In this document: in pieces, positions 1 to 18,343 of the stretch
How positions within the stretch are numbered: position 1 is the first letter of the stretch
Layout: each line of letters starts with the position of its first letter
Source of the DNA: the human T2T-CHM13v2.0 reference genome, Homo sapiens
Assembly (NCBI RefSeq): GCF_009914755.1
Contig: NC_060943.1
Strand: one strand, 5' to 3'
Length of the DNA: 64,000 bases
Translations under genes and position numbers: made by a program
Notes under the pieces: model-generated
What the model saw: the letters and a program-made list of their open reading frames with translations, nothing else
Told to the model about the DNA's origin: nothing
Database searches by the model: none

Positions 1-574
1 GATCAGGATGGAGCTCTGATACCGAGTCCAGTTGGGATTAATCTGCTGTAATGGGGGCACAGGAGGACACATTGCACAAAGTGGCTGCTGAAAGCCTGCG
101 CTCTGACCTCCCCTCCACACTGAAGTGAGGGAGGAGAGAGGTGTCAGGGAATCTGAGACCCAGCATGAGCCCCACACGGGAAGTGGTGCTTCTGCCCTAC
201 CCCCACCATTGCTGGAGGTCAAACCATTCCCTGCCCCTGCGTCTTGTCTTTCCCACCTGTAAAATGACAGGGCGTGCCCAGAAAGTTCCTAAGGAGCTTG
301 TGACTTTGGTATCATATGGTTAGAACGTGGTAACCTTCAGAACTCCCCACACTGAGACCTGAGTTCCAGGGATTCTCAGAGAGGGATTGCTGGCAGGTGC
401 CAGGTATCTGTCATTGTCATTGTAGAGCTCTCAGCTTGTGGTTCTGGGACTTCTGAGCATGTATCGCTCCTGAGGATGTAACAAGCAGACCTTCTGACCC
501 TCTCAAGTTTGAGATCACTTTTCACCCCCGGGTTCTAAAACAGTAGATTCCTAAGATGTTCCTAGAGACCAGAA

Positions 575-4800
<4,226 letters not shown>

Positions 4801-4984
4801 CTAATTTTTCTCGTACGTTCTTGAGAACATTCATCTTTTTAACTTCTTCTTAGTGCTCTTGGTGCCCCTGGGTACTTCCAGTTTATTTTGGTTCTAAACA
4901 CCCAAGGCAAACCAAGGTCTCACTGCATGGCTGTTTGCGAGGTAGGGGTGTTTCTCCAGAGGTCCTGACCATCAGGAGGCACCC

Positions 4985-5450
4985 AGCCGTGGTGGCTGGT
5001 GGTGTCTGGCTGTTACCAGCATTCACCAGCCTTGACCGGCTTTGACTGATTGTGACTGGCCTTCACTGGCAGTGCCTGACAGGGCCCCACTGAAGCTTTG
5101 ACCACAAGTGTCCACCTGTTACCAGTGGCAGCCAGCTGTGGCCAGCATTAACCAGCCTTTACTGGCAGTGTCCAGCCATGACCAGTATTAACCAGCAGCA
5201 ACTGACTGTGACCGGCTTTGACCAGCCTTGACTGGCCGTGACTACCCTTGGCCAACGGTATCTGGCTGTGACCAGTGGTGTCTGGCTATTACCACTTATG
5301 ACCAGCTTTAACTGTCCCTGACTGTTGGTGACTGGCCATGACCAGCCTTAACTGGCTGTGACAGGCTTTGACCAGCAGTGTCTGGCCATGACCAGCAGTA
5401 GCCAGCAGCAACTGGCAATGACCGGCTGTGTTTGGTTTGGCTAGCTGTGA
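4985..5450. repeat. Degenerate 10-bp tandem array, consensus approximately ACYRGCHDTG, about 42 units
   Basis: Exact 10-nt register over 5005-5084 and 5101-5430. Confidence 0.85.
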
Positions 5451-6263
5451 CCCTGCCACCACCTGTGAGGACTGCTAGTCCAGGTTCAGGGCCCTGGACT
5501 CCAGGGCTGTGCAGAGCCCGGGGTCAGTACAGGGAGGGGAGTGGAATGTTGTGAGGGAACCCCGTGGGGATGGGCCAGGAGAGGGTGCACCTGAGGACAG
5601 CTCACTGGCTACCTAACAGCAGAAGGGCCTTGGGGAAACAGATCTTGAAGGCATCAGCTCAACTTCAGGCAGGTGGCACAGGAGGGAGGCCGGGATGCCT
5701 GTGTGTCCTGAGTATTCCGGATAAGTACAAATTCATGCCCCTTGGCTCTTCCCCAGCCCCGAGACCTGGAGCTTCACAATGCAGCCTCTGAGGCCCGTGT
5801 GTCAGAGAATGATCCACAACCCAGAGAATGGATGGGAGCGGCAGGGCCAAAGAAGGAGAGGATGAGGTGGTTAAAGAAAAAAGAAAACAAAATTGTAGGA
5901 AGGACTGGAGGAGCGGACAATGGGTGGGATTTGTAGGAACAACAGTCACAACCACACCACAGAACTGACCCACCAAGGGAGCTGCTCCTTCTGAGGCTGC
6001 CCCAGCACTGGTGAATTCAAGAGTGCATTGTTAGGCCAGGCATGGTGGCTCATGCCTGTAAGCCCAACAGTTTGGGAGGCCGAGGCGGTGAATCACTTGA
6101 GGTCAGGAGTTCAAGACCAACCTGGCCAACATGGCAAAATCCCATCTGTACAAAAAATACAAAAATTAGGGCCAGGCGCGGTGGCTTACGCCTGTAATCC
6201 CAGCACTTTGGGAGGCTGAGGCGGGCGGATCACGAGGTCAGGAGATCGAGACCATCCTGGCTA

Positions 6264-6479
<216 letters not shown>

Positions 6480-7194
6480 TCATGGCTGTAACCCAAGACT
6501 CAAAAACTTCATCCTCCATCAGAAGAGCTTCTTGATGCCCAGAGGGCTGGACAATAGGCACTGGGGCCCTGCTGAAGCAAAGACCTTCATCTCATAGCCT
6601 TGCCTGTGTGAGCTGAAGTCAAAGCAGGCAGGAGAGCAGCTGCTGCCCCATTTCCACCTTCCAAATCTTCATGAATGCAAAGATTGGCAGAACCCAACTT
6701 ATATGCAGAACCTGAGCTGCAAAGGATTCTGGGAAATGTAGGACTTGGCTTTTTTGCATCTGAGTTCCCAAGAACAGCAAAGTACGAAAATATCCTCAAC
6801 ATAGGAACAGGAGAGTGGAGGCAGAGCTGGACATGGTGGCACACACATGTAGTCCCAGCTACTTGGGAGGCTGAGGTGGGAGGATTGCTTGAGGCCAGGA
6901 GTTCGAGACCAGCCTGGGCAACATGGTGAGATCCTATCTCTTAAAAAAGAGAAAAAGGGTGGAGGCAGTTTGAGAAAGTGGCCGGGACTCTGAAGCCACG
7001 TAGAGTTTGAATTACATTAATGAGCCGTGTGACCTTGGGCAAGTAACTTCACCTCTCTGATCTTTGATATCTCACTATGTGAAATGGGCTCATTAAAGAA
7101 CCTGGGTCATTGTGAGGATCTTGTAAGATCTCATACGTGAAGTACTTCACATACTGGCACAGTAAGCACTCAGTGAATGAGAGCTATTGTTATT

Positions 7195-8390
<1,196 letters not shown>

Positions 8391-9017
8391 GTGTTCCCAG
8401 AGCTCACAGCCCAGTATGGGATGGGGACATATATGAGAACAGACATTGACAGCACAGTGATTGAAGCTGCAGTGGGGAGCCCAGGGGCCTGTGGGAACCC
8501 AACGGAGGAGGCACGTGACTCAGCCTGGGGCCGGGGGTGGTGGTAGATTATGAACTGACACCTGAAAGATATGTAGGAGTGAGTCAGGGGAAAAGGTAGG
8601 AGTAATGTTCTAACAGGTGAGACAGCCAGTGCACAGGCTAGGCACAGTGACAGAATGTGGCATGAATAAGTACATTAGCAAACGTTTGGTGTGGCTGGGC
8701 TGGACCTCAAGAAGGTGGGCATTGCTGGGAGAAGAGCGGTGGACAAGGATGCCCCCTGGAAACCTTCCCTGCCTCGTTTTCCCTCAGTGCCCCCCTCTTC
8801 TCCGGTCTCCAGGGGTCTCCCCTGACTCAGCCTCGGTGGCTGGGATTACTCATGAACCTTTCACATCTTTGGGACCTTTCACCATCTCCTACTCACCCTG
8901 GGTTCCCACATGAGCCCCTGACTTATTCATCGATGGGGAGGGCAGAGAAGGGAAGAGGGAGAAGCTCAGGGGCATGTCTTCACCCCCTCACTCCCTTCCT
9001 GGCCGTGTCTCCTGCAG

Positions 9018-9121
9018 AACAACCTCCCTCCTAGCATGATGACCCGCAGAAACACCTACGTTTGCACAGAACGCCCGGGGGCTGAGCGCCCGTCACTGTT
9101 GCCAAATGGGAAAGAAAACAG
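9018..9121 (+). CDS. MARK4: MARK4 coding exon (104 nt), NNLPPSMMTRRNTYVCTERPGAERPSLLPNGKEN(S)
   Basis: ctgcag|AAC acceptor and AG|gtacgg donor; contains the MARK-family RRNTY motif. Confidence 0.95.
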
Positions 9122-9855
9122 GTACGGAGGGGGCAGCAACAGGGTGAGGGGTGGGAAGTAGGGGGTAGGTGAACAGGACCTCCCTTGATCTGAGATGATA
9201 GGCATTGGAGGCTGGTGCCATGGGGACCAGAGAGTGAGTGTATCTGCCCTGCCCTTGGCAGAATCGACCCATGTACCCCCCTGAAAATCCTCCCCACTTA
9301 ATTAATTAGTCTTAAGCACCAGGAAAGCAGTTGGCCCTGTTCTCCGCCTACAAGCCTTGGGAACCTGAATTGATTTTTTGAATGATCCATTTTTAGAACT
9401 CGAGAGAAGCCCCAGAATGTCACAGCTTCAGCGTCATCTGGTTGGCTGGTTTTCCGGCTTGTTGGCCTGAGTCTGTGAGGTCTCTTCCAGCTGGCAAGGG
9501 AGAGAAACCAGTTCAGACTGGCTGGAGCAGAGAGAGGGAAGGGATTGGTTCACATCACAGGTCAAGGCCAGCTAGAATGGGGCCAGCTCCAGGATGAGGA
9601 CACTGCCCCCCACCAGGGCTGTAGGGCAGGTTGATGGCCAACACCAGGGCACACTCTGGGATGCACCTGATTAGTGGGTGCAGGTGTTCCCACTGGGTGT
9701 GGGCAGAGGAATGGGGTAGTTAACAGTCACAAATCTGTCCAGGCACAGTGGCTCATGCCTGTAATACCAGCACTTTGGGAGGCTGAGGCGGGTGGATCAA
9801 GATGTCAGGAGATCGAGACCATCCTGGCTAACATGGTGACACCCCGTCTCTACTA

Positions 9856-10310
<455 letters not shown>

Positions 10311-11387
10311 TCATGTGCATGTAATCCCAGCTACTCAGAAGGCTGAATGAGGCAGGAGAATCGCTTGAACCTGGGAGGCAGAGGTTGCAGTGAGCTGGGA
10401 TTGCGCCACTGTACTCCAGCCTGAGCCACACAGCAAGAATCCGTCTCATAAAAAAAAGGGCTGATGCTGTCCACTTCCAGGCCCCATTATAGAGATGCAG
10501 TAGAGATCAGGTGTGTCCTGTACCTGGCACTGGGTCTGATGCTTAGGAGGCCTTCATTCAGTGACTTGAGAGTGCTTTTTTTTGGTGGTTATCAAATAAC
10601 AATAGTGAACATTCATGAAGCAGCAGCTACATGCCAGGCTTCTATGTCTATTGCCTGGCTCAGTGCCCCTAACAACTCTGTGAGGTAGATCCTAATATCT
10701 CCATTTTACAGCTGAGGACATAAGGCACAGAGAGGTTAAGTAACTTATCCAAGGCCACACAGCTGGTAAGTCAAGAAGCAGATTCCAGACTTGACTCCAG
10801 AATCTTATTTGTAATCACTGTAGTACATGGCCTTCCAGTTCTGCTCAAGAGACAGTGGAACAGTTAAATTACAGACTCAGACAAAAAAAATCAAAAATTA
10901 AAAAAAAATTTAAAAACAACAAAAAATAAAAAGTATAGACTCAGCTAGCTGCTGTAATAAAAACAAAGAGATCCCAGGGTAGAGTAATTTAAATAAAAAG
11001 GACGTTTAGTCCGGAGGGTCCTCCAAGGACCCAGGTAAGTTCTTCCAGCCCCAAAATGAGTTTCCAGCTCTGGGACTGAGGCCGCTGCACCAGCAGCCAT
11101 CATTTCCCAATCAGCAAGAAGTGGGGAAAGAGTAGGGGACAAGCAACAACTCTTTGTAAAGGCGTCACCCAGAGATGGTACAGAGCACTTCTGCTTATAT
11201 CCCATTGGCCGGAGCATGGTCACATAACCATCTCTAGCTGCAAGAGAGTCTGGGAAATGTAGTCTCTGGCTGGGTGGCCATGTGCAGTGCTCATACTCTT
11301 AGGGGTTTGGTTACCAAGAACGAAACAGGGAGGATGGATTCTAAGGGAGAAGTAACAGCCTCTGCCACAATCAGGATTCTTCTCTCA

Positions 11388-11609
<222 letters not shown>

Positions 11610-12344
11610 TCAGGAGGCTGAGGCAGGAGAATCACTTGAACCCAGGAGGCAGAGGTTGCAGTAGCCAAGATTGCCCCATGGCCCTTCAGCCTAGGTGACA
11701 GAGTGAGACTCTGTCTCAAAAAAAAAAAAAAAAAAAATTAGCCAGGCATGGTGGCACACGCTTGTAATCCCAGCTACTCAGGAGGGTGAGGCAGGAGAAT
11801 TGAACTCAGGAGATGGAGGTCTGGCCCCTGCTGTCGACTAGGAGGGTCCGAGGGGCTGGAGGAGGGTCCTGGGACAGTGGAACCCCCACTGCCCAGATTA
11901 CCATAGTGAATACAGGTATCCTTGACCTTTACATCTATCCCTTTCCTGATTTTAGATGGTGAGAGTTCAGATAGCAAAGTGTTTGCCAAGTTGATTTGGT
12001 TCCTGAGGTTTCGGCAAATAGCAAGGAAGTCACCCAAAAATGTCTGTGCATCTATTCAGTTGCTGCGTTTAGAGAGAGGAGAGTTGTGATAGGAGATGAT
12101 TTGGAGCGGGTAGAGTTTGAAGAAGGGACAGTTTGAAGGAGGGGTAATAGGAGAGGAGAGAGTCAGTAAAATAATGCTAGGATTGTATAGTGCACAGCCT
12201 GCACAACTGTACGTTGCAGCCCTGTCTCTGAGTTCCAGGCTGGTTGCAGTCCCTGGTCTCAGGACAGGAATGTGAAGAATCAAAGGGACTGGGGCCCTGG
12301 CCTGCCTCAGTCCCCCACCCTGACTTGTCTGTCTCTGCCCACAG

Positions 12345-12623
12345 CTCAGGCACCCCACGGGTGCCCCCTGCCTCCCCCTCCAGTCACAGCCTGGCACCCC
12401 CATCAGGGGAGCGGAGCCGCCTGGCACGCGGTTCCACCATCCGCAGCACCTTCCATGGTGGCCAGGTCCGGGACCGGCGGGCAGGGGGTGGGGGTGGTGG
12501 GGGTGTGCAGAATGGGCCCCCTGCCTCTCCCACACTGGCCCATGAGGCTGCACCCCTGCCCGCCGGGCGGCCCCGCCCCACCACCAACCTCTTCACCAAG
12601 CTGACCTCCAAACTGACCCGAAG
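12345..12623 (+). CDS. MARK4: MARK4 coding exon (279 nt), [15 protein letters not shown]...RSTFHGG...[11 protein letters not shown](R)
   Basis: acag|CTCAGG acceptor and AAG|gtgagc donor; MARK-conserved RSTFH motif (aPKC phosphosite region) and FTKLTSK motif. Confidence 0.95.
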
Positions 12624-12720
12624 GTGAGCTCCGCGGGGATGGCAGGGGCAGGGCGGGGCGGGGGGCCGATGGGACCTAACCTGTCTTCCACTCTGCTCTG
12701 TCTCCTGTACCCCAACATTT

Positions 12721-12810
12721 CCTCTTCCTCCTCCTCCTCCTCCTCGTTTCCTCCTCCTCCTCCTCCTCCTTTCCTCCTCCCCTGTCACCCCTCACCTCCC
12801 TCCTCACACT
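12721..12810 (+). repeat. (CCT)n / polypyrimidine tract before the MARK4 cassette exon
   Basis: cctcctcctcctcctcctcg...cctcctcctcctcctcct. Confidence 0.85.
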
Positions 12811-12814
12811 GCAG

Positions 12815-12894
12815 GGTTACCCTCGATCCCTCTAAACGGCAGAACTCTAACCGCTGTGTTTCGGGCGCCTCTCTGCCCCAGGGATCCAAGATCA
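12815..12894 (+). CDS. MARK4: MARK4 80-nt cassette exon included in MARK4S (VTLDPSKRQNSNRCVSGASLPQGSKI)
   Basis: gcag|GGTTAC acceptor after a long pyrimidine tract, ATCA|gtaagt donor; length 80 shifts the downstream frame. Confidence 0.9.
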
Positions 12895-14473
12895 GTAAGT
12901 CCCGTCCATGCCCTGTTCTCGCTGGCTCTGCCTCCCTGCCTGCATGTCTGACCTGTGTGTGCGGGCATTGGGAGGGGGCTCTGTGGATGTGAGGGTCTGT
13001 GCGTGGGGTCTGGTTGTTCATTTACTCACAGAAGCACAGCCTATGGAGCCAGACTCGGGGGTTCAAATGGCAGCTCTGCCAAGTGACCTTGAGCAAGTCA
13101 CTCAAGGTCTCTGGGCCTGGTTTTCCTCTTCTGTAAAATGGGTATAGTAATAACAATACCTGTCTCCTAGGGTTATTGTGAGGACTAAATGAAGTGACGT
13201 ATGGACTGAGCGTAGAACATTGCCTTGGAAAGTGCTTTACATGTGTATTAGTTATTAATTGCTATTATTCATTGAGCCCCTACTGTGTGCCTGGCACTGT
13301 CCTAGGCCCTGTAGTAGAGGGTGAGCAAAATGTACAAAACTCCTGCCCTGGCAGACCCAACATTCTACTAAGGGATCTAGACAAAAAACAAAGAAATAAG
13401 TAAAATATACTTACTATATAGACTGCTAGGTAGTGCGAAGTAACTAAGAAGAAAAATAGAGTAGGAGCCAAATTTGGTGGCTTATGCTTGTAATCACAGC
13501 ACTTTGGGAGGCTGAGGCGAGGGGATCACTTGAGCCCAGAAGTTCAAGACCAGCCTGGACAACGTAGCAAGATCCTATCTCTACAAAAAAGTAAATAAAT
13601 TGGCCGGGCGTGGTGACTGCACCTGTATTCCCATGGAATTGGGAGGCCGAGGCAGGAGGATCACTTGAACGCAGGAGGTCAAGGCTGCTGTGAGCTATGA
13701 TCATCAGTCTTGGCAACAGAGGGAGAACCTGTCTCTAAAAAAAAAAAAAAAAATTGAACAGGGAGGGGAATAAGGGGTGTGGGGAAGGGATGGGGTGCAG
13801 CATTAAATGGGCAGGCCTCTGGATGAGGTGGCTCAGGCCAGCAATCCCAGCACTTTGGACAGATGACTTGAGTCCAGGAGTTTGAGACCAGCCTGGGCAA
13901 TGTGGCAAAGCCCCATCTCTACAAAACAAAACAAAAAACAAAAAGCAGATGTGGCACGCGCCTGTAGTCCCAGCTACTTCAGGGGCCAAGGCAGGAAGAT
14001 TGCTTGAGCCTGGGAGGTTGAGGCTGCAGCGAGCTGAGATCACGCCACTCCTGCATGACAGAGTGAGACTCTGTCTCAAAAAAAGAAAAAAGGGCAGGCC
14101 TCACGAAGGAGGTGTTGTTTGAGCAAAGCATGAATGTATATGTGAGCGAGGGAGTGTGTGTGTGTGCACACGTGCGTGTGTCTCTCTCTTTCTCTCTGTG
14201 GCCACTTATCTATGTAAGGGTGTGTCTCTGCCCACTCCCCTCCCTTTCATCTTCCACATTCTTCAGTGTCTTTCCTGTGACCTGCACTAACCATTTCAGA
14301 ATGAGCCCCGTTATGGGGATGGACAAGGAGATCAAATCCTGACTCCAGGCCCTCACCAGCCCGGAGGGACTGGGGTTGAGGCAGGGGCTGCTTGGAGTCC
14401 CAGAGGCAGTGGGTTGCGGGAGGTGGGTTCCCTATGTCCAGATTAGACACTCTGTCCCCCTCCCCTCCCCTAG

Positions 14474-14518
14474 GGTCGCAGACGAACCTGAGAGAATCGG
14501 GGGACCTGAGGTCACAAG
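14474..14518 (+). CDS. MARK4: MARK4 45-nt penultimate exon, read VADEPERIGGPEVT(S) in MARK4L and SQTNLRESGDLRSQ in MARK4S
   Basis: cctag|GGTCGC acceptor and AAG|gtgagt donor; both frames are open. Confidence 0.93.
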
Positions 14519-15007
14519 GTGAGTGCTTGGGCCTACCCCTGACTGCCACTTCCCCTCTCCTGCCTCAGCACCTCCCGACACTTACCCCAGGGCATTAGAT
14601 GGGGCCCCAGTCTCATCCTGCAAGGCCAACTTCCTGAAATGCCCTGTGGCCCCAGCCTTCTCTGCCAGCTCCTCTCATTCCCACCCAACCCCAAGCACCT
14701 TCCCTTGATCATCTTAAACTTCAGCCTCCGGCTGGGTGCCATGGCCCAAGCCTGTAATCCCAGCACTTTGGGAGTCCAAGGGAGGCAGATCACCTGAGGT
14801 CGGGAGTTTGAGACCAGCCTAAGATGGAGAAACCCCGTCGTTACTAAAAATACAAAAATTAGCCGGGCGTAGTGGCGCATGCCTGTAATCCCAACTACTC
14901 GGGAGGCTGAGGCAGGAGAATCGCTTGAACCCGGGAGGCAGAGGTTGCGGTGAGCTGGATTGTGCCATCGCACTCCAGCCTGGGTAGCAAGAGTGAAACT
15001 CCGTCTG

Positions 15008-15042
<35 letters not shown>

Positions 15043-15136
15043 CCTCATCCCATCCACAACTCAACTCCTCTTCTGGTCAATGCCCCCACCTCCTTTTGCC
15101 TCTCATCCAGTCATGGCACAATGTTTGCTGGCAGCT

Positions 15137-15342
15137 CAGGGCCAGCAGGAGGCAAACATCTGTACGGACCCAGATCATGAAGATTTTAGGCTTTGAGGGC
15201 CAGGCACCCTGTGTCACGCCTGTTCAGTTGTGCCATTGTAGTGCAAAAGCAGTCATATTCAACACAAAACAAATGGGTATGGCAGTGTTCCAATGAAACT
15301 TTATTTACAAAAGCAGACAGCACTGGAGTTTGCCAAGCCCTG
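15137..15342. mobile_element. MER58A-like hAT-Charlie MITE
   Basis: GGCAAAC...GTTTGCC...CCCTG termini; ggcagtgttccaatgaaactttatttacaaaa core. Confidence 0.7.
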
Positions 15343-15647
15343 GTTTTGTCTGAGTTCCCGGTTTAGAGACCCAAGTGGAAACCGGAGCCTTCCCAGCAGC
15401 TGCAACAAACTGCCAGGGCTGACTCTCATTGGTTGGGACTTGGTCACATGCTCATTCCTAAACCAATGCCTGCAGCCAGAGAGGAGAAGTACTCTGGTTG
15501 GTCAGACCTGGTCATGTGGTCACCCTTGACCCAAGCACAGTGGCCGGGAAGTAGAATGCTATCATTGGCAGAGCTGAGTCGTGCTCACCCAAGCTGAGGG
15601 GCGGCCCCACCGGAACAAGGGAGGCTAGTCCTGGGATGCTCATGTAG

Positions 15648-15810
15648 AGCAGCACTCTCGTACTTCAGGCGGGACGTTTCTTTGTTGTGCAGGGCCCTCT
15701 TGCACATTGGAGAATGTTTATCATTCCTGACCTACCCCATCCCCAACCTAGTCAGTGCCAGCAGTGCTCCCATCCTAAGACATGTGACAATCAAAAAGCC
15801 CCCAGAGGCC
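15648..15810. mobile_element. MER20-like DNA transposon fragment
   Basis: tttgttgtgcagggccct...tgcacattggagaatgttta...gtgacaatcaaaaa. Confidence 0.6.
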
Positions 15811-15825
15811 GAGCACAGTGGCTTA

Positions 15826-16226
<401 letters not shown>

Positions 16227-16274
16227 TCAAAAAAAAAAAAAAAAAAAAAAAAAAAAGCCGGGCGCAGTGGCTCA

Positions 16275-16577
<303 letters not shown>

Positions 16578-17048
16578 TCATTCAAACATTCAAACCATGT
16601 GGCCAAGCCAGGCTGGTAAGGCCACTGTGATCTATGCGGTCATTCAGGTCCCCAGGTTATTGCATCCCGATTCCCTGGAGCCCTTGTCATCTTCACAGTT
16701 GAGGCTGGCCTGTGCCACTGCTAAGTCCAGCTCCTGGGAGATGTGGGACAGGAGAGCCTGGCACATGCAGGTTCTTTGAAGGAACTGATGTGGATGGCAC
16801 ATCTCACTTCTGCTCATGTCCCAGAATTTACAGACAAGGTCACACCTGGTTGCAAGGGAGGCTGGAAAGTGTGGTCTCTAGCTGGGCAGCTCTGTATCCA
16901 GTTGAAACTGTCGCTGGGGTAACAGGGGAAGATGTTTTTTGAGGGGATGGCTAGGAATGTGTCCCGAATTGGGAAGAGTTGTCCCTTCAGCCCTCCACCA
17001 CATTCCTCTTCGCTCCCATCTCTGACCCCTGACATCTTCTCGCCTCAG

Positions 17049-17385
17049 TTGCCATCTACCTTGGGATCAAACGGAAACCGCCCCCCGGCTGCTCCGATTC
17101 CCCTGGAGTGTGAAGCTGACCAGCTCGCGCCCTCCTGAGGCCCTGATGGCAGCTCTGCGCCAGGCCACAGCAGCCGCCCGCTGCCGCTGCCGCCAGCCAC
17201 AGCCGTTCCTGCTGGCCTGCCTGCACGGGGGTGCGGGCGGGCCCGAGCCCCTGTCCCACTTCGAAGTGGAGGTCTGCCAGCTGCCCCGGCCAGGCTTGCG
17301 GGGAGTTCTCTTCCGCCGTGTGGCGGGCACCGCCCTGGCCTTCCGCACCCTCGTCACCCGCATCTCCAACGACCTCGAGCTCTGA
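17049..17385 (+). CDS. MARK4: MARK4 last coding exon; in the L frame it encodes the KA1 domain ending ...RISNDLEL* (TGA 17383-17385); the S frame stops at TGA 17111-17113
   Basis: ctcag|TTGCC acceptor; PRLLRFPWSVKLTSS...FEVEVCQLPR...FRRVAG matches the KA1 domain; ORF track 17110..17385. Confidence 0.95.
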
Positions 17386-18015
17386 GCCACCACGGTCCCA
17401 GGGCCCTTACTCTTCCTCTCCCTTGTCGCCTTCACTTCTACAGGAGGGGAAGGGGCCAGGGAGGGGATTCTCCCTTTATCATCACCTCAGTTTCCCTGAA
17501 TTATATTTGGGGGCAAAGATTGTCCCCTCTGCTGTTCTCTGGGGCCGCTCAGCACAGAAGAAGGATGAGGGGGCTCAGCGGGGGGAGCTGGCACCTTCCT
17601 GGAGCCTCCAGCCAGTCCTGTCCTCCCTCGCCCTACCAAGAGGGCACCTGAGGAGACTTTGGGGACAGGGCAGGGGCAGGGAGGGAAACTGAGGAAATCT
17701 TCCATTCCTCCCAACAGCTCAAAATTAGGCCTTGGGCAGGGGCAGGGAGAGCTGCTGAGCCTAAAGACTGGAGAATCTGGGGGACTGGGAGTGGGGGTCA
17801 GAGAGGCAGATTCCTTCCCCTCCCGTCCCCTCACGCTCAAACCCCCACTTCCTGCCCCAGGCTGGCGCGGGGCACTTTGTACAAATCCTTGTAAATACCC
17901 CACACCCTCCCCTCTGCAAAGGTCTCTTGAGGAGCTGCCGCTGTCACCTACGGTTTTTAAGTTATTACACCCCGACCCTCCTCCTGTCAGCCCCCTCACC
18001 TGCAGCCTGTTGCCC

Positions 18016-18021
18016 AATAAA
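18016..18021 (+). terminator. Candidate proximal MARK4 poly(A) signal AATAAA
   Basis: Canonical hexamer in the 3' UTR. Confidence 0.5.
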
Positions 18022-18337
18022 TTTAGGAGAGTCCCCCCCTCCCCAATGCTGACCCTAGGATTTTCCTTCCCTGCCCTCACCTGCAAATGAGTTAAAGAAG
18101 AGGCGTGGGAATCCAGGCAGTGGTTTTTCCTTTCGGAGCCTCGGTTTTCTCATCTGCAGAATGGGAGCGGTGGGGGTGGGAAGGTAAGGATGGTCGTGGA
18201 AGAAGGCAGGATGGAACTCGGCCTCATCCCCGAGGCCCCAGTTCCTATATCGGGCCCCCCATTCATCCACTCACACTCCCAGCCACCATGTTACACTGGA
18301 CTCTAAGCCACTTCTTACTCCAGTAGTAAATTTATTC

Positions 18338-18343
18338 AATAAA
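18338..18343 (+). terminator. Candidate MARK4 poly(A) signal AATAAA
   Basis: Canonical hexamer at the start of an L2-like end. Confidence 0.55.

Noticed and set aside
4985-5450. The 10-bp array as a coding repeat or CRISPR array
   Set aside because: Period is not a multiple of 3, there is no ORF of 60 aa or more, and there are no spacers
17487-18090. 199-aa and 143-aa ORFs in the MARK4 3' UTR
   Set aside because: Non-ATG starts, GC-rich, no homology or splice support
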